Notes: generated by a model from the sequence alone, not told the origin. A stretch of DNA of 64,000 bases from Acidobacteriota bacterium (GCA_003223215.1 QHYH01000091.1:60696-124695), one strand, 5' to 3'; counted from the stretch's first letter, positions 29,935 to 40,723 are shown. Program-made: numbers and translations.

Positions 29935-30876
29935 TCAAGCGGCCCCTTGTGCCGGAGCTTGCGGGACGAAGCGATGATGCCAGACTTGCGCGGCGCCGAT
30001 CAGATTGGCATCATCACCGAGCGAAGCCAAGGCGAGCTCGGTCTTCTCAAACGGAACGAAGCGGCAGCCCTGCGCAATGACTTTGCGAAGGTCTTCCAGG
30101 CGCATGCTCTTCATGATGCTCCCGCCCAGGACAATCCGTTCCGGCACAAACAGATTGATCAGGTTGGCCAGGCCCAGGCCGAGATAATACGTTTCGCGCG
30201 CGACGGCTTCGCACGCTAACGGATGTCCTTGTCGAGCGCACTGGAAAATCTCTTTTGCGGTCAGGGCTCTTGCCTGTGGATCAGCCGCTTGCGCCTTGGC
30301 ATTAAACCAGGCAGCCAGCGCGGGCCCGGTCGCCAGCGCTTCCCAGCAGCCGCGGAACCCGCACGTACACTGCGGGCCGGAGGCGTCGATCACGTGATGG
30401 CCGACTTCGGGATGCGCTTTATCCGCGCCGCGATAAAGCCGGCCCTCGAGAATAATTCCGCCGCCAATCCCCGTGCCCACGGTGACGTAAATCAGCCGCG
30501 ACTTCCCTTTTCCCGCGCCCCAGGCAGCTTCTCCCAGCGCCGCGGCGTCGCCGTCGTTTTCGAGCGCCACGCGGACGCCGAACTCGCGCGCCAAATCGTT
30601 CACCGGATTCGAGCCTTTCCATCCAGGGAGAAAGTCCACGTCGCCAAATTCGCCGGTGAAGGGATAAACCCAGCCGGTCGAGCCGATGCCGATGCCGGAA
30701 AGTTCGGTGTCGGCCTGTTCTGCCGCTTCGCCGAGCATGCGCACGATGTGGCTGAGCCCGTCGCGATACGAGCGGGCTTTTTCCGTCGGCGTTTCCCGTT
30801 TCGCGAGGACTTTGCCGGCATCGTTCACGATGCCCGCGGCAATCTTCGTCCCTCCGATGTCCACCGCCCCAATCAT
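29935..30876 (-). CDS. ROK family sugar kinase
   Basis: DIGGTK, ENDGDAAALGE, VGTGIGGG, EVGH, CTCGFRGCWE. Confidence 0.93.
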   Translation of the reverse strand: MIGAVDIGGTKIAAGIVNDAGKVLAKRETPTEKARSYRDGLSHIVRMLGEAAEQADTELSGIGIGSTGWVYPFTGEFGDVDFLPGWKGSNPVNDLAREFGVRVALENDGDAAALGEAAWGAGKGKSRLIYVTVGTGIGGGIILEGRLYRGADKAHPEVGHHVIDASGPQCTCGFRGCWEALATGPALAAWFNAKAQAADPQARALTAKEIFQCARQGHPLACEAVARETYYLGLGLANLINLFVPERIVLGGSIMKSMRLEDLRKVIAQGCRFVPFEKTELALASLGDDANLIGAAQVWHHRFVPQAPAQGAA

Positions 30877-30945
30877 TTCTTCTCCTTTGTCCTTCCGAGC
30901 GTAGCGAGGTATGCCCTTTCTGCTGCCATCTTTAACTCTTGAAGC

Positions 30946-32262
30946 TTAAACTCTTGGACCTCTTTTCCGTGTCCTCTGTGACCTTTCCTGTTCATTTTTC
31001 CCCGCTTCTTGCGGCAGCAATCCGCCCTGGTCTTCCACGATGTACGAAGAAAGACGGAAGGAATCGCAATCCACTCCGGAAAGGCGCGCCAGCCGCTCCG
31101 CCGCGAGCTGCGCCGGAATAATGTCAATCAGAAATTGCCACTCGGCGGGAATCGCGGGCAGCTGAAACACCAGATCGCCGGCATCGTCGGGAAGTTTCTG
31201 ACCGATCAGCATGACGCGCGCGCCGAGCTTCCGCAGGTCGCGTGCGACGGCCAGATCCGGTTCGCGCATGAGTGCGCCGTCGATCCATACACCGAAGCGA
31301 ACACCTTCGCCGACGATTTCCTGCGGGCCATGCCGGAACGCCCCGGTGCCCATGGCCGTTGCTGGCGTTTTGACACCTTCTTCCCAAATCAGTCGCGATT
31401 CATAGGCGCTGCCGAGACTGGGGCCGCGCGCCAGAAAGTAAGTGGTGCTGTGCGGCGCAAGCCAAATCGAGGCGGCAACCTGCTCCTGCCAGCGGGGAAT
31501 GGCGCGTCCAGCTTCGGCGATCGTTCTCGAAAGCGACTCCGCGAGCTCCCCATCCCCAGGAGGCCGTCCCTGGCGTTCGCGCTGAGCTTCGCAGGCCTCC
31601 GGCGGACTCTGGAGTCCTCCACGATACTCGGAGGAAGCCATTTGGAGTGCGGCAGCTTGCTGCCGTTTTTCTTTGTTGTGCGCCTCGCTCAATGGCAATG
31701 GAGGTTCCCTTGTTCCCGCTTCGCCGGACGGTGGCTCCTCAACAGAGCCGTTCCCTTCCTGAATCACTCGGTGCGCCAGCATCCCGGCCGCCAATGCCAG
31801 TGTCGTGTAGGTGTTCACGGAAATCGCGTGATCAAAAGCGACGGGAACGACGATGGCGATGTGCGCCTCTTTGGCCAGCGTCCCTTCGGGGGCATTGGTA
31901 ATGCCGATGACATTCACTCCGGCCCGGCGCGCTTTGGCGGCCAACTGCACAATTTCCGTGCTCTTGCCGCTGCGCGAAATCAGGATCATCGCGGAGTCTT
32001 TGGGAAAGGTCGCGAAGGTCAGCAGCTCGGCGGCGTCCGCGAAGTATACGGGATAAGCGCGACGATGAAAGAGCACGCTGACGTTCAATGCGGCGTGCCA
32101 ACTGCTGCCGATTCCCGTCAAGTAGACATGCCGCGCGGTGCGAATCGCCGCGGTCGCCGCATCAACGGCACCTCGCCCGGCCTCATTTCGTCCCGTCAGA
32201 ATCTCGATGGTCCGCTGCAATTCCTCCGGCTGCCTCAATATGTCTTGCAGAAAATGCGTCAT
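30946..32262 (-). CDS. Double SIS-domain sugar isomerase (GlmS-C/AgaS-like) with an in-frame repeat-derived insertion
   Basis: GIGSS, ISRSGKS, GITN, FRHGPQE; about 70 extra aa at 31552-31756. Confidence 0.85.
   Translation of the reverse strand: MTHFLQDILRQPEELQRTIEILTGRNEAGRGAVDAATAAIRTARHVYLTGIGSSWHAALNVSVLFHRRAYPVYFADAAELLTFATFPKDSAMILISRSGKSTEIVQLAAKARRAGVNVIGITNAPEGTLAKEAHIAIVVPVAFDHAISVNTYTTLALAAGMLAHRVIQEGNGSVEEPPSGEAGTREPPLPLSEAHNKEKRQQAAALQMASSEYRGGLQSPPEACEAQRERQGRPPGDGELAESLSRTIAEAGRAIPRWQEQVAASIWLAPHSTTYFLARGPSLGSAYESRLIWEEGVKTPATAMGTGAFRHGPQEIVGEGVRFGVWIDGALMREPDLAVARDLRKLGARVMLIGQKLPDDAGDLVFQLPAIPAEWQFLIDIIPAQLAAERLARLSGVDCDSFRLSSYIVEDQGGLLPQEAGKNEQERSQRTRKRGPRV
30966..30980. 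repeat. Short TCCGTGTCCTCTGTG repeat-like motif in the SIS 3' end
   Basis: Resembles CACAGAG-N-CACAGAG type dispersed repeats; encodes a low-complexity tail. Confidence 0.35.
31601..31668. repeat. Two REP-like palindromes inside the SIS coding sequence
   Basis: GGCGGACTC-TG-GAGTCCTCC (31601-31620) and TGGAGTG-CGGCAGC-TT-GCTGCCG (31643-31668). Confidence 0.75.
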
Positions 32263-32440
32263 GAGGAGCTAGTCTTCAGGTTAAGAATCCCATGCGAACC
32301 GAGAAGGGACCGGATCGAGTCCGATTTCGTCGTAGCACCACGGCCTGCTTCGCTATATCTCACATTCATTGCCGCGCCGATCCGCTCCCGGAACTCCCTA
32401 GCCTTCCATCGAACCTCGCCATACGCACCGCGGGTTCCGC

Positions 32441-33856
32441 TCATGGATGCGTCATGTCCTCGGGCTTGACCAGGGCTTCGAATTCGGCGGCGGTGACGAA
32501 GCCGAGCTTGACGGCGGCCTCGCGCAGGCTGATGTGCTCCTTGTGCGCGGTTTTGGCGACTTTGGCGGCGTTGTCGTAGCCGATCTTGGGAGCGAGCGCG
32601 GTGACGAGCATCAGCGAGTTGTGGACGTAGCGGTCGATGGTTTCGCGATTGGCGTGTATGCCGCGGACGCAATGCTCGACAAAGCTGTTGCAGGCGTCGG
32701 CGAGCAGCTCGACGGAGTGCAGATAGTTGAAAATCATCACCGGCTTGAACACGTTGAGCTCGAAATTGCCCTGCGAGCCGGCGAAACCGATGGCCGCGTC
32801 ATTGCCCATCACCTGCACGGCCACCATCGTGAGCGCTTCAGACTGCGTGGGATTCACCTTGCCGGGCATGATCGACGATCCCGGCTCGTTCTCGGGAAGC
32901 GTGAGCTCGCCCAGGCCGCAGCGCGGGCCGGAGGCGAGCCAGCGAATGTCGTTGGCGATTTTCAGGAGCGAAGCGGCGAGCGTTTTCAGCGCGCCCGAGG
33001 CAAACACGATTTCATCGTGCGCGGAGAGCGCGGCGAACTTGTTGGGATGCGAGCGGAACGGCAAGCCGGTCAGTTCGGAGATTTTACGCGCGGCACGCTC
33101 GGCGAATTCCGGATGGGCGTTTAGGCCAGTCCCCACCGCGGTGCCGCCAATCGCGAGATCGTAGAGCCCGTCGAGAGCGACAGCCACGCGGCCGCCGTCG
33201 CGGTCGAGCAGGCTGACGTAGCCGGAAAATTCCTGCCCCATCGTGAGCGGCGTGGCGTCCTGCAAATGCGTGCGGCCGATCTTGACTATGCCGGCGAAGG
33301 CCTTGGCTTTGCTATCGAGCGCGCCAGAGAGGGCCTTCACCGCAGGAAGCAGCCGCCGAGCCGTCTCCGTCGCCGCGGCGATGTGCATGGCCGCGGGAAA
33401 CGTGTCGTTCGAGGACTGCGACATGTTCACGTCGTCATTCGGGTGGACGGGCTTCTTGCTGCCCATCACCCCGCCCGCGATCTCGATCGCGCGGTTCGAG
33501 ATCACTTCGTTGACGTTCATGTTCGTCTGCGTGCCGCTGCCGGTCTGCCAGATGCGCAAGGGGAAATGCGCGTTGAGCTTGCCGGAGATGACTTCGTCGG
33601 CGGCTTGCACGATGAGTTGAGCCTTTTCGCGGGGGAGTTTTCCCAAGTCCTGGTTCACCAACGCGCAGGCCTTCTTGAGGATGCCGAAGGCGTGAATCAG
33701 CTCGGGCGGCATAGTGTCCTTGCCAATAGCGAAGTGAATAAGCGAGCGGGCGGTTTGCGCGCCGTAATAGCGGTCGGCGGGGACTTCGATCTGTCCCATG
33801 GAGTCGGACTCGGTGCGAGTCGGGCCTTTGGTGGGGGCTTTTGCAGCTTCAGACAT
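32441..33856 (-). CDS. fumC: Class II fumarate hydratase
   Basis: [32 protein letters not shown] signature. Confidence 0.97.
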   Translation of the reverse strand: MSEAAKAPTKGPTRTESDSMGQIEVPADRYYGAQTARSLIHFAIGKDTMPPELIHAFGILKKACALVNQDLGKLPREKAQLIVQAADEVISGKLNAHFPLRIWQTGSGTQTNMNVNEVISNRAIEIAGGVMGSKKPVHPNDDVNMSQSSNDTFPAAMHIAAATETARRLLPAVKALSGALDSKAKAFAGIVKIGRTHLQDATPLTMGQEFSGYVSLLDRDGGRVAVALDGLYDLAIGGTAVGTGLNAHPEFAERAARKISELTGLPFRSHPNKFAALSAHDEIVFASGALKTLAASLLKIANDIRWLASGPRCGLGELTLPENEPGSSIMPGKVNPTQSEALTMVAVQVMGNDAAIGFAGSQGNFELNVFKPVMIFNYLHSVELLADACNSFVEHCVRGIHANRETIDRYVHNSLMLVTALAPKIGYDNAAKVAKTAHKEHISLREAAVKLGFVTAAEFEALVKPEDMTHP

Positions 33857-34425
33857 GGCTGGCTCCTCGATGGTTTCTGCTCCTGAGTGTAGCAGGCCAG
33901 CAAAAGGGATGTAAGGAAGCCAAGAGGTAAGAAGGTGGGTTTTTCACCCATCACGCCTTTCTCGAGACGTCGACATGCGCGCGGTAGTTGGCCTGGGTGA
34001 TTTTGGACGCCGCTTCTTGATGGCGTTCATGCCGGAGCGGCCGGATGGGGAGAAGACTTTATTGCGGCAGTACGCGCACCCGGAACTCCCAGGATTCGCG
34101 CAATGAACGATGCCTGACCCTGGACCTGCTCGGGCGCTAGGCGTCACAGCTTCGGGTTACCGACGATGCCGCCATGGGCAAAAAGCAGGCTCCGAAACGG
34201 AAGGCGACGGGCGCGAAACCTGGCTGCGCAAGATTCGCAGCGCCAGGGAAGAATTCCGCCGACGGCCAGCAGGTAATCAACGGCGGTATGGCGATCCGAA
34301 CGCCGGAATCGGGGGCCGCCACAGGCCGGGCCAGCGAGTTCGGCGCGGATCTTAACGCGCCCGTGCTCATGGAAAGAGTCAGAGCTTATGCGGGGCACGA
34401 TACAATAAAATCCCAAGGAGTAAAT

Positions 34426-34836
34426 ATGCCCGACTACACGGCAGAACACGCGCGCGCCGGAATCGACGCGAAATTGCCAGCGCTGGAAACCTGGCCGAAC
34501 CAGTTCCTGCGCTACGTCATCACGACGCGATTCCCGGAGTATTCCTCGGTTTGCCCAAAGACCGGAATGCCCGATTACGGCACGCTTACGATCCAGTACA
34601 TGCCCAAGAGGGAGTGCCTCGAACTAAAAGCCCTGAAAATGTACTTGCTGGCATACCGCAACCTGGGCATCTTTTACGAAAACGCGGTGAACCGGATTCT
34701 GCGCGACGTCGTGGCGGCGGTACACCCGGAGTGGTGCGTGGTGCGCGGGGAATTCACCCCGCGAGGCGGATTGACGACGACGGTCTTCGCGCGCTGGCCC
34801 GCGCTGAAAGATACCCTGAGGTCTTCGAAACGGTGA
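34426..34836 (+). CDS. queF: NADPH-dependent preQ0 reductase (unimodular)
   Basis: CPKTGMPDY, ELKALKMY, FYENAVNRI, RGG; AAGGAG upstream of ATG 34426. Confidence 0.92.
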   Translation: MPDYTAEHARAGIDAKLPALETWPNQFLRYVITTRFPEYSSVCPKTGMPDYGTLTIQYMPKRECLELKALKMYLLAYRNLGIFYENAVNRILRDVVAAVHPEWCVVRGEFTPRGGLTTTVFARWPALKDTLRSSKR

Positions 34837-34975
34837 CTTCGCGAGGAGCGTAAATACCCGTGCGGGCCGCAGGGCGCAGCGCGCAGGGGAGAGAAGATGG
34901 ACAGAAGGCTTTTTGCAGGCCATAATTTGCTATTGGGGCCATTACCAGGGGTAATACCATCACAGAGAGGGAAGA

Positions 34976-35881
34976 ATGAGCATTTCTCCAAATATACCAA
35001 GCGCGCATGAATCCTACGGATACGAGTCTGCCGGTACGCCGAGGTGGATATCCGTATTGTTCGGGTTGATGATTGCCGGGCTGGCCGTGGTCGTCTATTT
35101 CGGCTATACGACGCAGGCGCGCCTGAGCGATGACCTGTTGAAACAGCGGGACCAAGGCAAGATTTTGAGCGTGCAATTGGACCAGGCCAACTCGCGCATC
35201 GCGGACCTGAAAAGCCAGGTGGAAATCACCACGCAAAGAATGGGTTTGACGCAATCGGAACTTGCGAAGGCCAAGAGCCGGGCGGAAGACATTCGCAAAG
35301 AGCAGCAAGCCTCAGACCAGGAGCTCACTACCCAGATCAAGGCGAGCCAGGAACAGATTGGCGCGGTGGCAAGCGAAGTCGGGGGCGCGAAGAAGGACCT
35401 GGAAGCGACCAAGACGGACCTGGAGGCCACCAAAGGGAAGCTGGACCGCAGCATGGGCGACATGAACGTGATGAGCGGGTTGATCGCCCACAACCGCGAT
35501 GACCTCGAGGAGCTGAGGCGCCGCGGCGACCGCAACTACTACGAATTCACGGTACAGAAATCCAAACACGCGCAGCGCGTCGGGCCGGTTCAGGTTACCT
35601 TGATCAAGACGGATCCCAAGAAATCCAAGTACACCATCAACGTCATCGCTGACGACAAAAACATCGAAAAGAAAGACAAAACCTCGGGCGAGCCTGTGCA
35701 ATTTTATGTGAAGGGCAGCGCGCGGATGGCGCCTTACGAAATCGTGGTCTTTGAGGTGGGCAGGAGCCAGATTACGGGATACCTCGCCACGCCCAAGGAC
35801 TCCGGGACGCCAGCGCCCGCAGCCGCGCCAGCTCCCGCGGCGGCGGCCGCGCCAACCGCGCCTTCCGCGGACAAGCCGTAA
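34976..35881 (+). CDS. Membrane-anchored coiled-coil hypothetical protein with Ala/Pro tail
   Basis: One TM, long heptad-rich region, globular C-terminus. Confidence 0.8.
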   Translation: MSISPNIPSAHESYGYESAGTPRWISVLFGLMIAGLAVVVYFGYTTQARLSDDLLKQRDQGKILSVQLDQANSRIADLKSQVEITTQRMGLTQSELAKAKSRAEDIRKEQQASDQELTTQIKASQEQIGAVASEVGGAKKDLEATKTDLEATKGKLDRSMGDMNVMSGLIAHNRDDLEELRRRGDRNYYEFTVQKSKHAQRVGPVQVTLIKTDPKKSKYTINVIADDKNIEKKDKTSGEPVQFYVKGSARMAPYEIVVFEVGRSQITGYLATPKDSGTPAPAAAPAPAAAAAPTAPSADKP

Positions 35882-36034
35882 ACGAAGCCGTAAACGGCCT
35901 TTGCGTTCGAACCGTTGTCTACCGGCCCTGTTCTGCGTTCTCCGAAACAATGCGCGGGACAGGGCTTCTGCCTTTTTCGAAGGCCGATTCGCATCGAACG
36001 GAAACGAGAAGCCGGATCGCCTAGACGCTTGACA

Positions 36035-37030
36035 ATGAAGCCGTATTGCCTCTTGGTCCCCACCTTATTTCTCGCTGTCGCGCTGGGCTGCTGCTTTGCC
36101 GCGGCTGCCGAGGAACGGCAGCAAGAGCAGGCGCCAAAGATTCAGGTAACCGTGGACCGCGTCAATGTGGGTGTGATTGTAACGGGCAGAGACGGAAACT
36201 TTGTCGACGGCCTGCGGCGCGAGGATTTCCGCGTCTTCGATAACGGTGTGGACCAGCCCATCACGGATTTTCTTTCCGTGATAGAGCCCGCGCAAGTCCT
36301 GCTCTTCATCGAATCTGGCCCGGCCGTGGTCTTTTTGGGCAGAGATCACCTTCACGCTGCGGACCAGCTACTCAACAACCTGGCGAGCGACGATCGTGTT
36401 GCGATCGCGAGCTATTCGAAGGACCCGGAGCTGCTGGTCGACTTCACCGCGAATAAAATGGCTACGCGGTTCGCATTACAAAACTTGAACTTCATGCTGG
36501 GGTTCGCCGAGCTGGACCTGTCGGCGAGCCTCGCATCGGCCATCGATTGGCTTGGCGCGTCGCGCGGGAAAAAGACGATCGTGGTTTTGTCCACGGGTGT
36601 GGACAGTACCCCGGCGGGAAAATGGGAGGCCATCCGGCAAAAGCTGGAGACTTCCGATGTTCGCATTCTGGCGGTTTCGCTTTCCGGGGATTTTCGCAAA
36701 CCCCTCAAGCACAGGGTTCGTAATCGGGAGGAAAAGCAAGATCGCACCTTGCTAAAGCAGGGTTTTGCCGCCGCCGACCAATCGCTGCGCGAACTTACTC
36801 GCATTACCGGCGGGCGCGTCTATTTCCCGGAGAGTCCGGGGGATTTTGACCGCGCTTACGCGGAGATTGCCCAGCTGATTCGCCACGAATACAGTCTCGC
36901 GTTTGCGCCGCCCGCCCACGATGGGCAGATTCACGCGATTACCGTAAAGGTGAAAGCATTCGATCAAAGAGTGGACCACCGGCAGGCGTACCTTGCGCCG
37001 GCGCCTGCTCCCGCCGCATCGGAGAAATAG
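36035..37030 (+). CDS. VWA domain protein (Acidobacterial VWFA-related type)
   Basis: Signal peptide, GLRREDFRVFDNG, TGGRVYFP, YSLAFAP. Confidence 0.85.
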   Translation: MKPYCLLVPTLFLAVALGCCFAAAAEERQQEQAPKIQVTVDRVNVGVIVTGRDGNFVDGLRREDFRVFDNGVDQPITDFLSVIEPAQVLLFIESGPAVVFLGRDHLHAADQLLNNLASDDRVAIASYSKDPELLVDFTANKMATRFALQNLNFMLGFAELDLSASLASAIDWLGASRGKKTIVVLSTGVDSTPAGKWEAIRQKLETSDVRILAVSLSGDFRKPLKHRVRNREEKQDRTLLKQGFAAADQSLRELTRITGGRVYFPESPGDFDRAYAEIAQLIRHEYSLAFAPPAHDGQIHAITVKVKAFDQRVDHRQAYLAPAPAPAASEK

Positions 37031-37097
37031 CTTTGGCCGGCTCGAGGGCACTCGACGGAGGGATTTACCGGGAACTCGCTTGTGGCGTTCGCGCCGA

Positions 37098-39548
37098 CTA
37101 TTCGAATTCCTTCAGAGTCTTGGCCATCTTGCGCAGGCGTTCATCTACCAGCGCGAAAACGGTTCCCGCTTCAAATTTGCCCGCGCCATTCCTGCTTCCC
37201 GCGGAAACACTGGTGAGGGTTTCGATCCCCTGCTCGAGTTTGGCCACCGGCCAGACGTGAAATTTTCCCGAAGCCACCGCGTCCAGCACATCTTCGCGCA
37301 GCATCAAATCTTCGACGTTCGCTTCGGGAATCATCACGCCCTGGGTGCCGGTGAGGCCTTTGATGCGGCAGACGTCAAAGTAGCCTTCGATCTTTTCGTT
37401 CACGCCGCCAATCGCCTGAATGTCCCCCTGCTGATTGATCGATCCGGTCACCGCAATGTCCTGCCGCAGCGGCAGTCCGGAAAGCGCGGAGACCAGAGCG
37501 TAAATCTCCGTGGAGCTGGCGCTGTCGCCATCCACGCCCGCATACGACTGCTCGAAACAGATGCTGGCGGCCAGCGAAAGCGGCTTGTCTTGTGCGAATT
37601 GGCTCCGCAAGTATCCGGCGATGATTTGCACGCCCTTGTCATGAAAGCGCCCGCTCAAGTTGGCCTCGCGCTCGACGTTGATCAGCCCCGCTTTTCCCAA
37701 GGCGGCGGTGGCAGTGATGCGCACCGGTTTGCCGAACGAATACCCGCCAATTTCGAGCATGCTCAAGCCGTTCACCTGGCCGACGCGGGCGCCCGAAACA
37801 TCCACGAGCAGCGTTCCTTCCTCGATCATCTCGCGGATGCGCGTCTCGATGAGGTTGTGTCTTTCGATCTTTGAGGACAAAGCGCCGTGCACATGGGATG
37901 CCCGGACCACGGATTCCTTGGCGCCGGCCGCATTGTAGTGTGCTTCGCGTGCCAGATCGGCGATGTCGATGAAGCGCGCGGTGACTTTGTTCCTGCGGCC
38001 GGCCTGGCGCACTCCGTATTCGAGCATGGCGGCGAACGCACCGCGGTCGAACGGGAAGAGGTTCTCTTTCTCCGAGAGCGCGCGCAGCCGCCCGGCATAC
38101 TCGGCAATGACGCCGTCGCTCATAGCCATCTCTTCGTCGAACTCCACGCGCACTTTAAAAATCTTCCGAAAGTCCTCTTCATATTCGTAGAGCAGCTCGT
38201 AGAGCTGGCGGTCGCCGATGAGGATGACCTTGACATTGATGTCGACGGCTTCCGGCTTGAGCGCGCTTCCGCCGAAGGGGTAAAAAATTTCCTGCGGCTG
38301 AATCTCCAGCCGGTTGTGATTCAGCGTGCGCTTCAGGGCGCGCCACACGCCGGGTTCCGACAGAGCCTCCAACGCGTACATGATCAGGAAACCGCCATCG
38401 GCGCGAAGCAGCGAACCACCCCGCAGGTCCATGAAATCGCTGCTCCAGCCGCCGCGCGCATCATAGGCGCGCTGAATGGTGCCAAAAAGATTTGCGTAGG
38501 TCGGTGTGGTCTCGAAGATTACCGGAGAACTTTCTTCATGATTGTGCGCGAGGATGACGTTGACGCCGTACACGCGAAACGGATCGCGTTCCGGTCCGCC
38601 CTGGGTCTTCGCCAAACCATCGGCCGATTCTTCCTCTTGCTCGCTTTCGCCCTCGCGCTCCTTGAAGGGATTCAGATTGTCCAGCAAGTGATGCCGCACC
38701 TCTTCGAGATATTCCGCAACGCTCGAGCCGGGATATTTTTCCTTTAGCTCTTCGATGACGCCATCCACCAGAACGGAAGCAGCTTCCTGTTCCAGGTAGC
38801 TGAGCTCGCTGGCGAGTTCGCGCGAAAGCGTGAGCGTCTTGCGGTAGACCACTGTGAATTCCTGGCGGAATTGTTCGTACTTGCGCTCGATTTCCTCCGC
38901 CACGGTCGCGTCGAGTTTGCCCTCGTGGACCATCTTGGAGATGTCCTCGATCGGCACCATCTGCCCTTCAAGCACCGGGAAGATTTCCGGCAGGGCCACG
39001 GCGCCGACTTGCATGTGTCCAAGGGCAAACTGGTCGCGGGCGATGCGCCGCGTGAAATCGTCCATCAATTCCTTTTCGCGTACCGTGAAGCGCTCGACGA
39101 TCCTCCCCTTTTGCCGCTGAAACGGTTCGCCTTCGAAAACCTGAGGAATGCGGCGGCGCAAGAAATCGATTCCCGCTTGCATGTCTTTTTTGAACGAATC
39201 GGCCTGCCCGCGCGGAAGGGTGAGCAGCCGAGGCCGGTCCGGCAGCTTGAAATTGTTGACGTAACAGCGGTCTAGCGACTCCTTGGTCTGCGGATGGAGC
39301 TCTTCAATCATGCGGGCGATGGTGCTGCCGCGGCTGGTGCCCGCCAAGCCGCAAACAAATACGTTGTAGCCGGGCGCGGAAAGCTCCACGCCCATTTTCA
39401 ACGCGCGCAAGGCACGCTCCTGCCCGATAAACCCTTCGCGGGGATCCGCCTGCGCGGTCGTTTCGAATGGAATCCGCGAAAGCTCACACTTCCAGCGCAA
39501 TTTTGCCGGAGGAAGCTCAACGGGCTTCGGTGCGGGCTTCGTGGCCAT
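37098..39548 (-). CDS. Lon-type AAA protease (AAA_32 plus Lon_C, LonB/LonC-like)
   Basis: FIGQERA, GSLLRADGGFL, DGDSAS (Ser) and GGVNEKIEG (Lys) dyad. Confidence 0.92.
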   Translation of the reverse strand: MATKPAPKPVELPPAKLRWKCELSRIPFETTAQADPREGFIGQERALRALKMGVELSAPGYNVFVCGLAGTSRGSTIARMIEELHPQTKESLDRCYVNNFKLPDRPRLLTLPRGQADSFKKDMQAGIDFLRRRIPQVFEGEPFQRQKGRIVERFTVREKELMDDFTRRIARDQFALGHMQVGAVALPEIFPVLEGQMVPIEDISKMVHEGKLDATVAEEIERKYEQFRQEFTVVYRKTLTLSRELASELSYLEQEAASVLVDGVIEELKEKYPGSSVAEYLEEVRHHLLDNLNPFKEREGESEQEEESADGLAKTQGGPERDPFRVYGVNVILAHNHEESSPVIFETTPTYANLFGTIQRAYDARGGWSSDFMDLRGGSLLRADGGFLIMYALEALSEPGVWRALKRTLNHNRLEIQPQEIFYPFGGSALKPEAVDINVKVILIGDRQLYELLYEYEEDFRKIFKVRVEFDEEMAMSDGVIAEYAGRLRALSEKENLFPFDRGAFAAMLEYGVRQAGRRNKVTARFIDIADLAREAHYNAAGAKESVVRASHVHGALSSKIERHNLIETRIREMIEEGTLLVDVSGARVGQVNGLSMLEIGGYSFGKPVRITATAALGKAGLINVEREANLSGRFHDKGVQIIAGYLRSQFAQDKPLSLAASICFEQSYAGVDGDSASSTEIYALVSALSGLPLRQDIAVTGSINQQGDIQAIGGVNEKIEGYFDVCRIKGLTGTQGVMIPEANVEDLMLREDVLDAVASGKFHVWPVAKLEQGIETLTSVSAGSRNGAGKFEAGTVFALVDERLRKMAKTLKEFE

Positions 39549-39615
39549 GAAATCCTTTCGAGCGCGTTACTCTAGCACACTCACGCCAGGCACCAACTGT
39601 CGGACAGAACCGTTG

Positions 39616-40689
39616 TTACCCAGCGGTTATCGCAGGACCCTCCGCGCTTTCCTGGTAGACACTCAGAACACCCGCAGCCATGGCCACCAGGATTGGCCCC
39701 AGCACCAGGCCCAGCATTCCAAACAGGTGTACCCCGCCCAGGACGCTGATGAAGATCACAAGACCGCTCAATTCCGTACGACCACCCAGCAACACTGGCC
39801 GGAGGAGGTTGTCCGCGATGGTCGAGATTCCCGCGCAGATGGCCAGGAGCACAATCGCGCGCCACCAATGTCCGGTAAATCCGAGCCAAAGTGAGGCGGG
39901 GACAAAAATCAGGCCGGAGCCGATGACCGGCAAAAGGGAAAAGAAGGCCATCGCCACGCCCCAGAAAACCGGCGCCGGCAGTCCCACAATCGCAAAGCCC
40001 AGGCCGCCGAGAGCTCCTTGAACGGCCGCGACCACCAGGCTGGTGGCGACGCTGGCGGAGATCAGTTCGCGGATCTGAACGATCATGGCGTCCTGATGTT
40101 GTACGGCATCAAACGGCATAATGCTGCGCACGGCGGGAAGGATTTTTCCGGCGTCGCGGAAGAAATAGAACATCGCAAAAATCATCACGAACAGGTCAAA
40201 AACAAATGCGGCGATGTTTTTCAGAATGGTCCCAAGCCGTTCGGCCAAAAAGCCTACCTGCTTCTCAATCCCCTGTTCCAGAGTTTCGAAGATATTCGCG
40301 TTGGCGTCCATCCCCGGAATGCGGTTGGCCAGCCAGGACCAGCCCTTGGCAATCAAAGGCGCGTGTTGCTCGACCAGGGAATGCTGCACGCCCCGCGAAA
40401 TCGCAACCGCTTGGCGCACAAACAGAGTGGTTAACAGGATGGCAGGTGCGATCAGGAGAATGGTGACCGCGAAAGTGCTGATCGCCGAGGCGCGAGTCGC
40501 GGAGAGACGTTTGGCAAGCCGCTTATGCATGGGATAAAAGAAAGTCACGAGAACGGCCGCCCACGCCAGCGCTTTCAGAAAGGGTTCGGCGATCCGAAAG
40601 ACCAGGTAGATCAATAGCAGCAATACGCCATAGGAGACAACCACCGTGAGACGGCTCGTGGTAGCATTCGTTGAAGGGGCGGCATTCAT
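39616..40689 (-). CDS. AI-2E family transporter
   Basis: Multiple TM segments; QGALGG, DNLLRP, GLVLGP. Confidence 0.9.
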   Translation of the reverse strand: MNAAPSTNATTSRLTVVVSYGVLLLLIYLVFRIAEPFLKALAWAAVLVTFFYPMHKRLAKRLSATRASAISTFAVTILLIAPAILLTTLFVRQAVAISRGVQHSLVEQHAPLIAKGWSWLANRIPGMDANANIFETLEQGIEKQVGFLAERLGTILKNIAAFVFDLFVMIFAMFYFFRDAGKILPAVRSIMPFDAVQHQDAMIVQIRELISASVATSLVVAAVQGALGGLGFAIVGLPAPVFWGVAMAFFSLLPVIGSGLIFVPASLWLGFTGHWWRAIVLLAICAGISTIADNLLRPVLLGGRTELSGLVIFISVLGGVHLFGMLGLVLGPILVAMAAGVLSVYQESAEGPAITAG

Positions 40690-40698
40690 AGTCGTACA

Positions 40699-40723
40699 AT
40701 AATCTTTACAGCTATAATCTTTA
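40699..40723. promoter_or_regulatory. ATAATCTTTA direct repeat in a divergent promoter, overlapping TATAAT
   Basis: Exact 10-mer at 40699-40708 and 40714-40723. Confidence 0.45.

Noticed and set aside
34380-34425. preQ1 riboswitch before queF
   Set aside because: It has an AATAAAA tract but lacks the GGTTC-loop/CCC stem consensus.
35873-35897. AGCCGTAAACG tandem repeat at a gene end
   Set aside because: Short and overlapping a stop codon or terminator-like hairpin; probably trivial.
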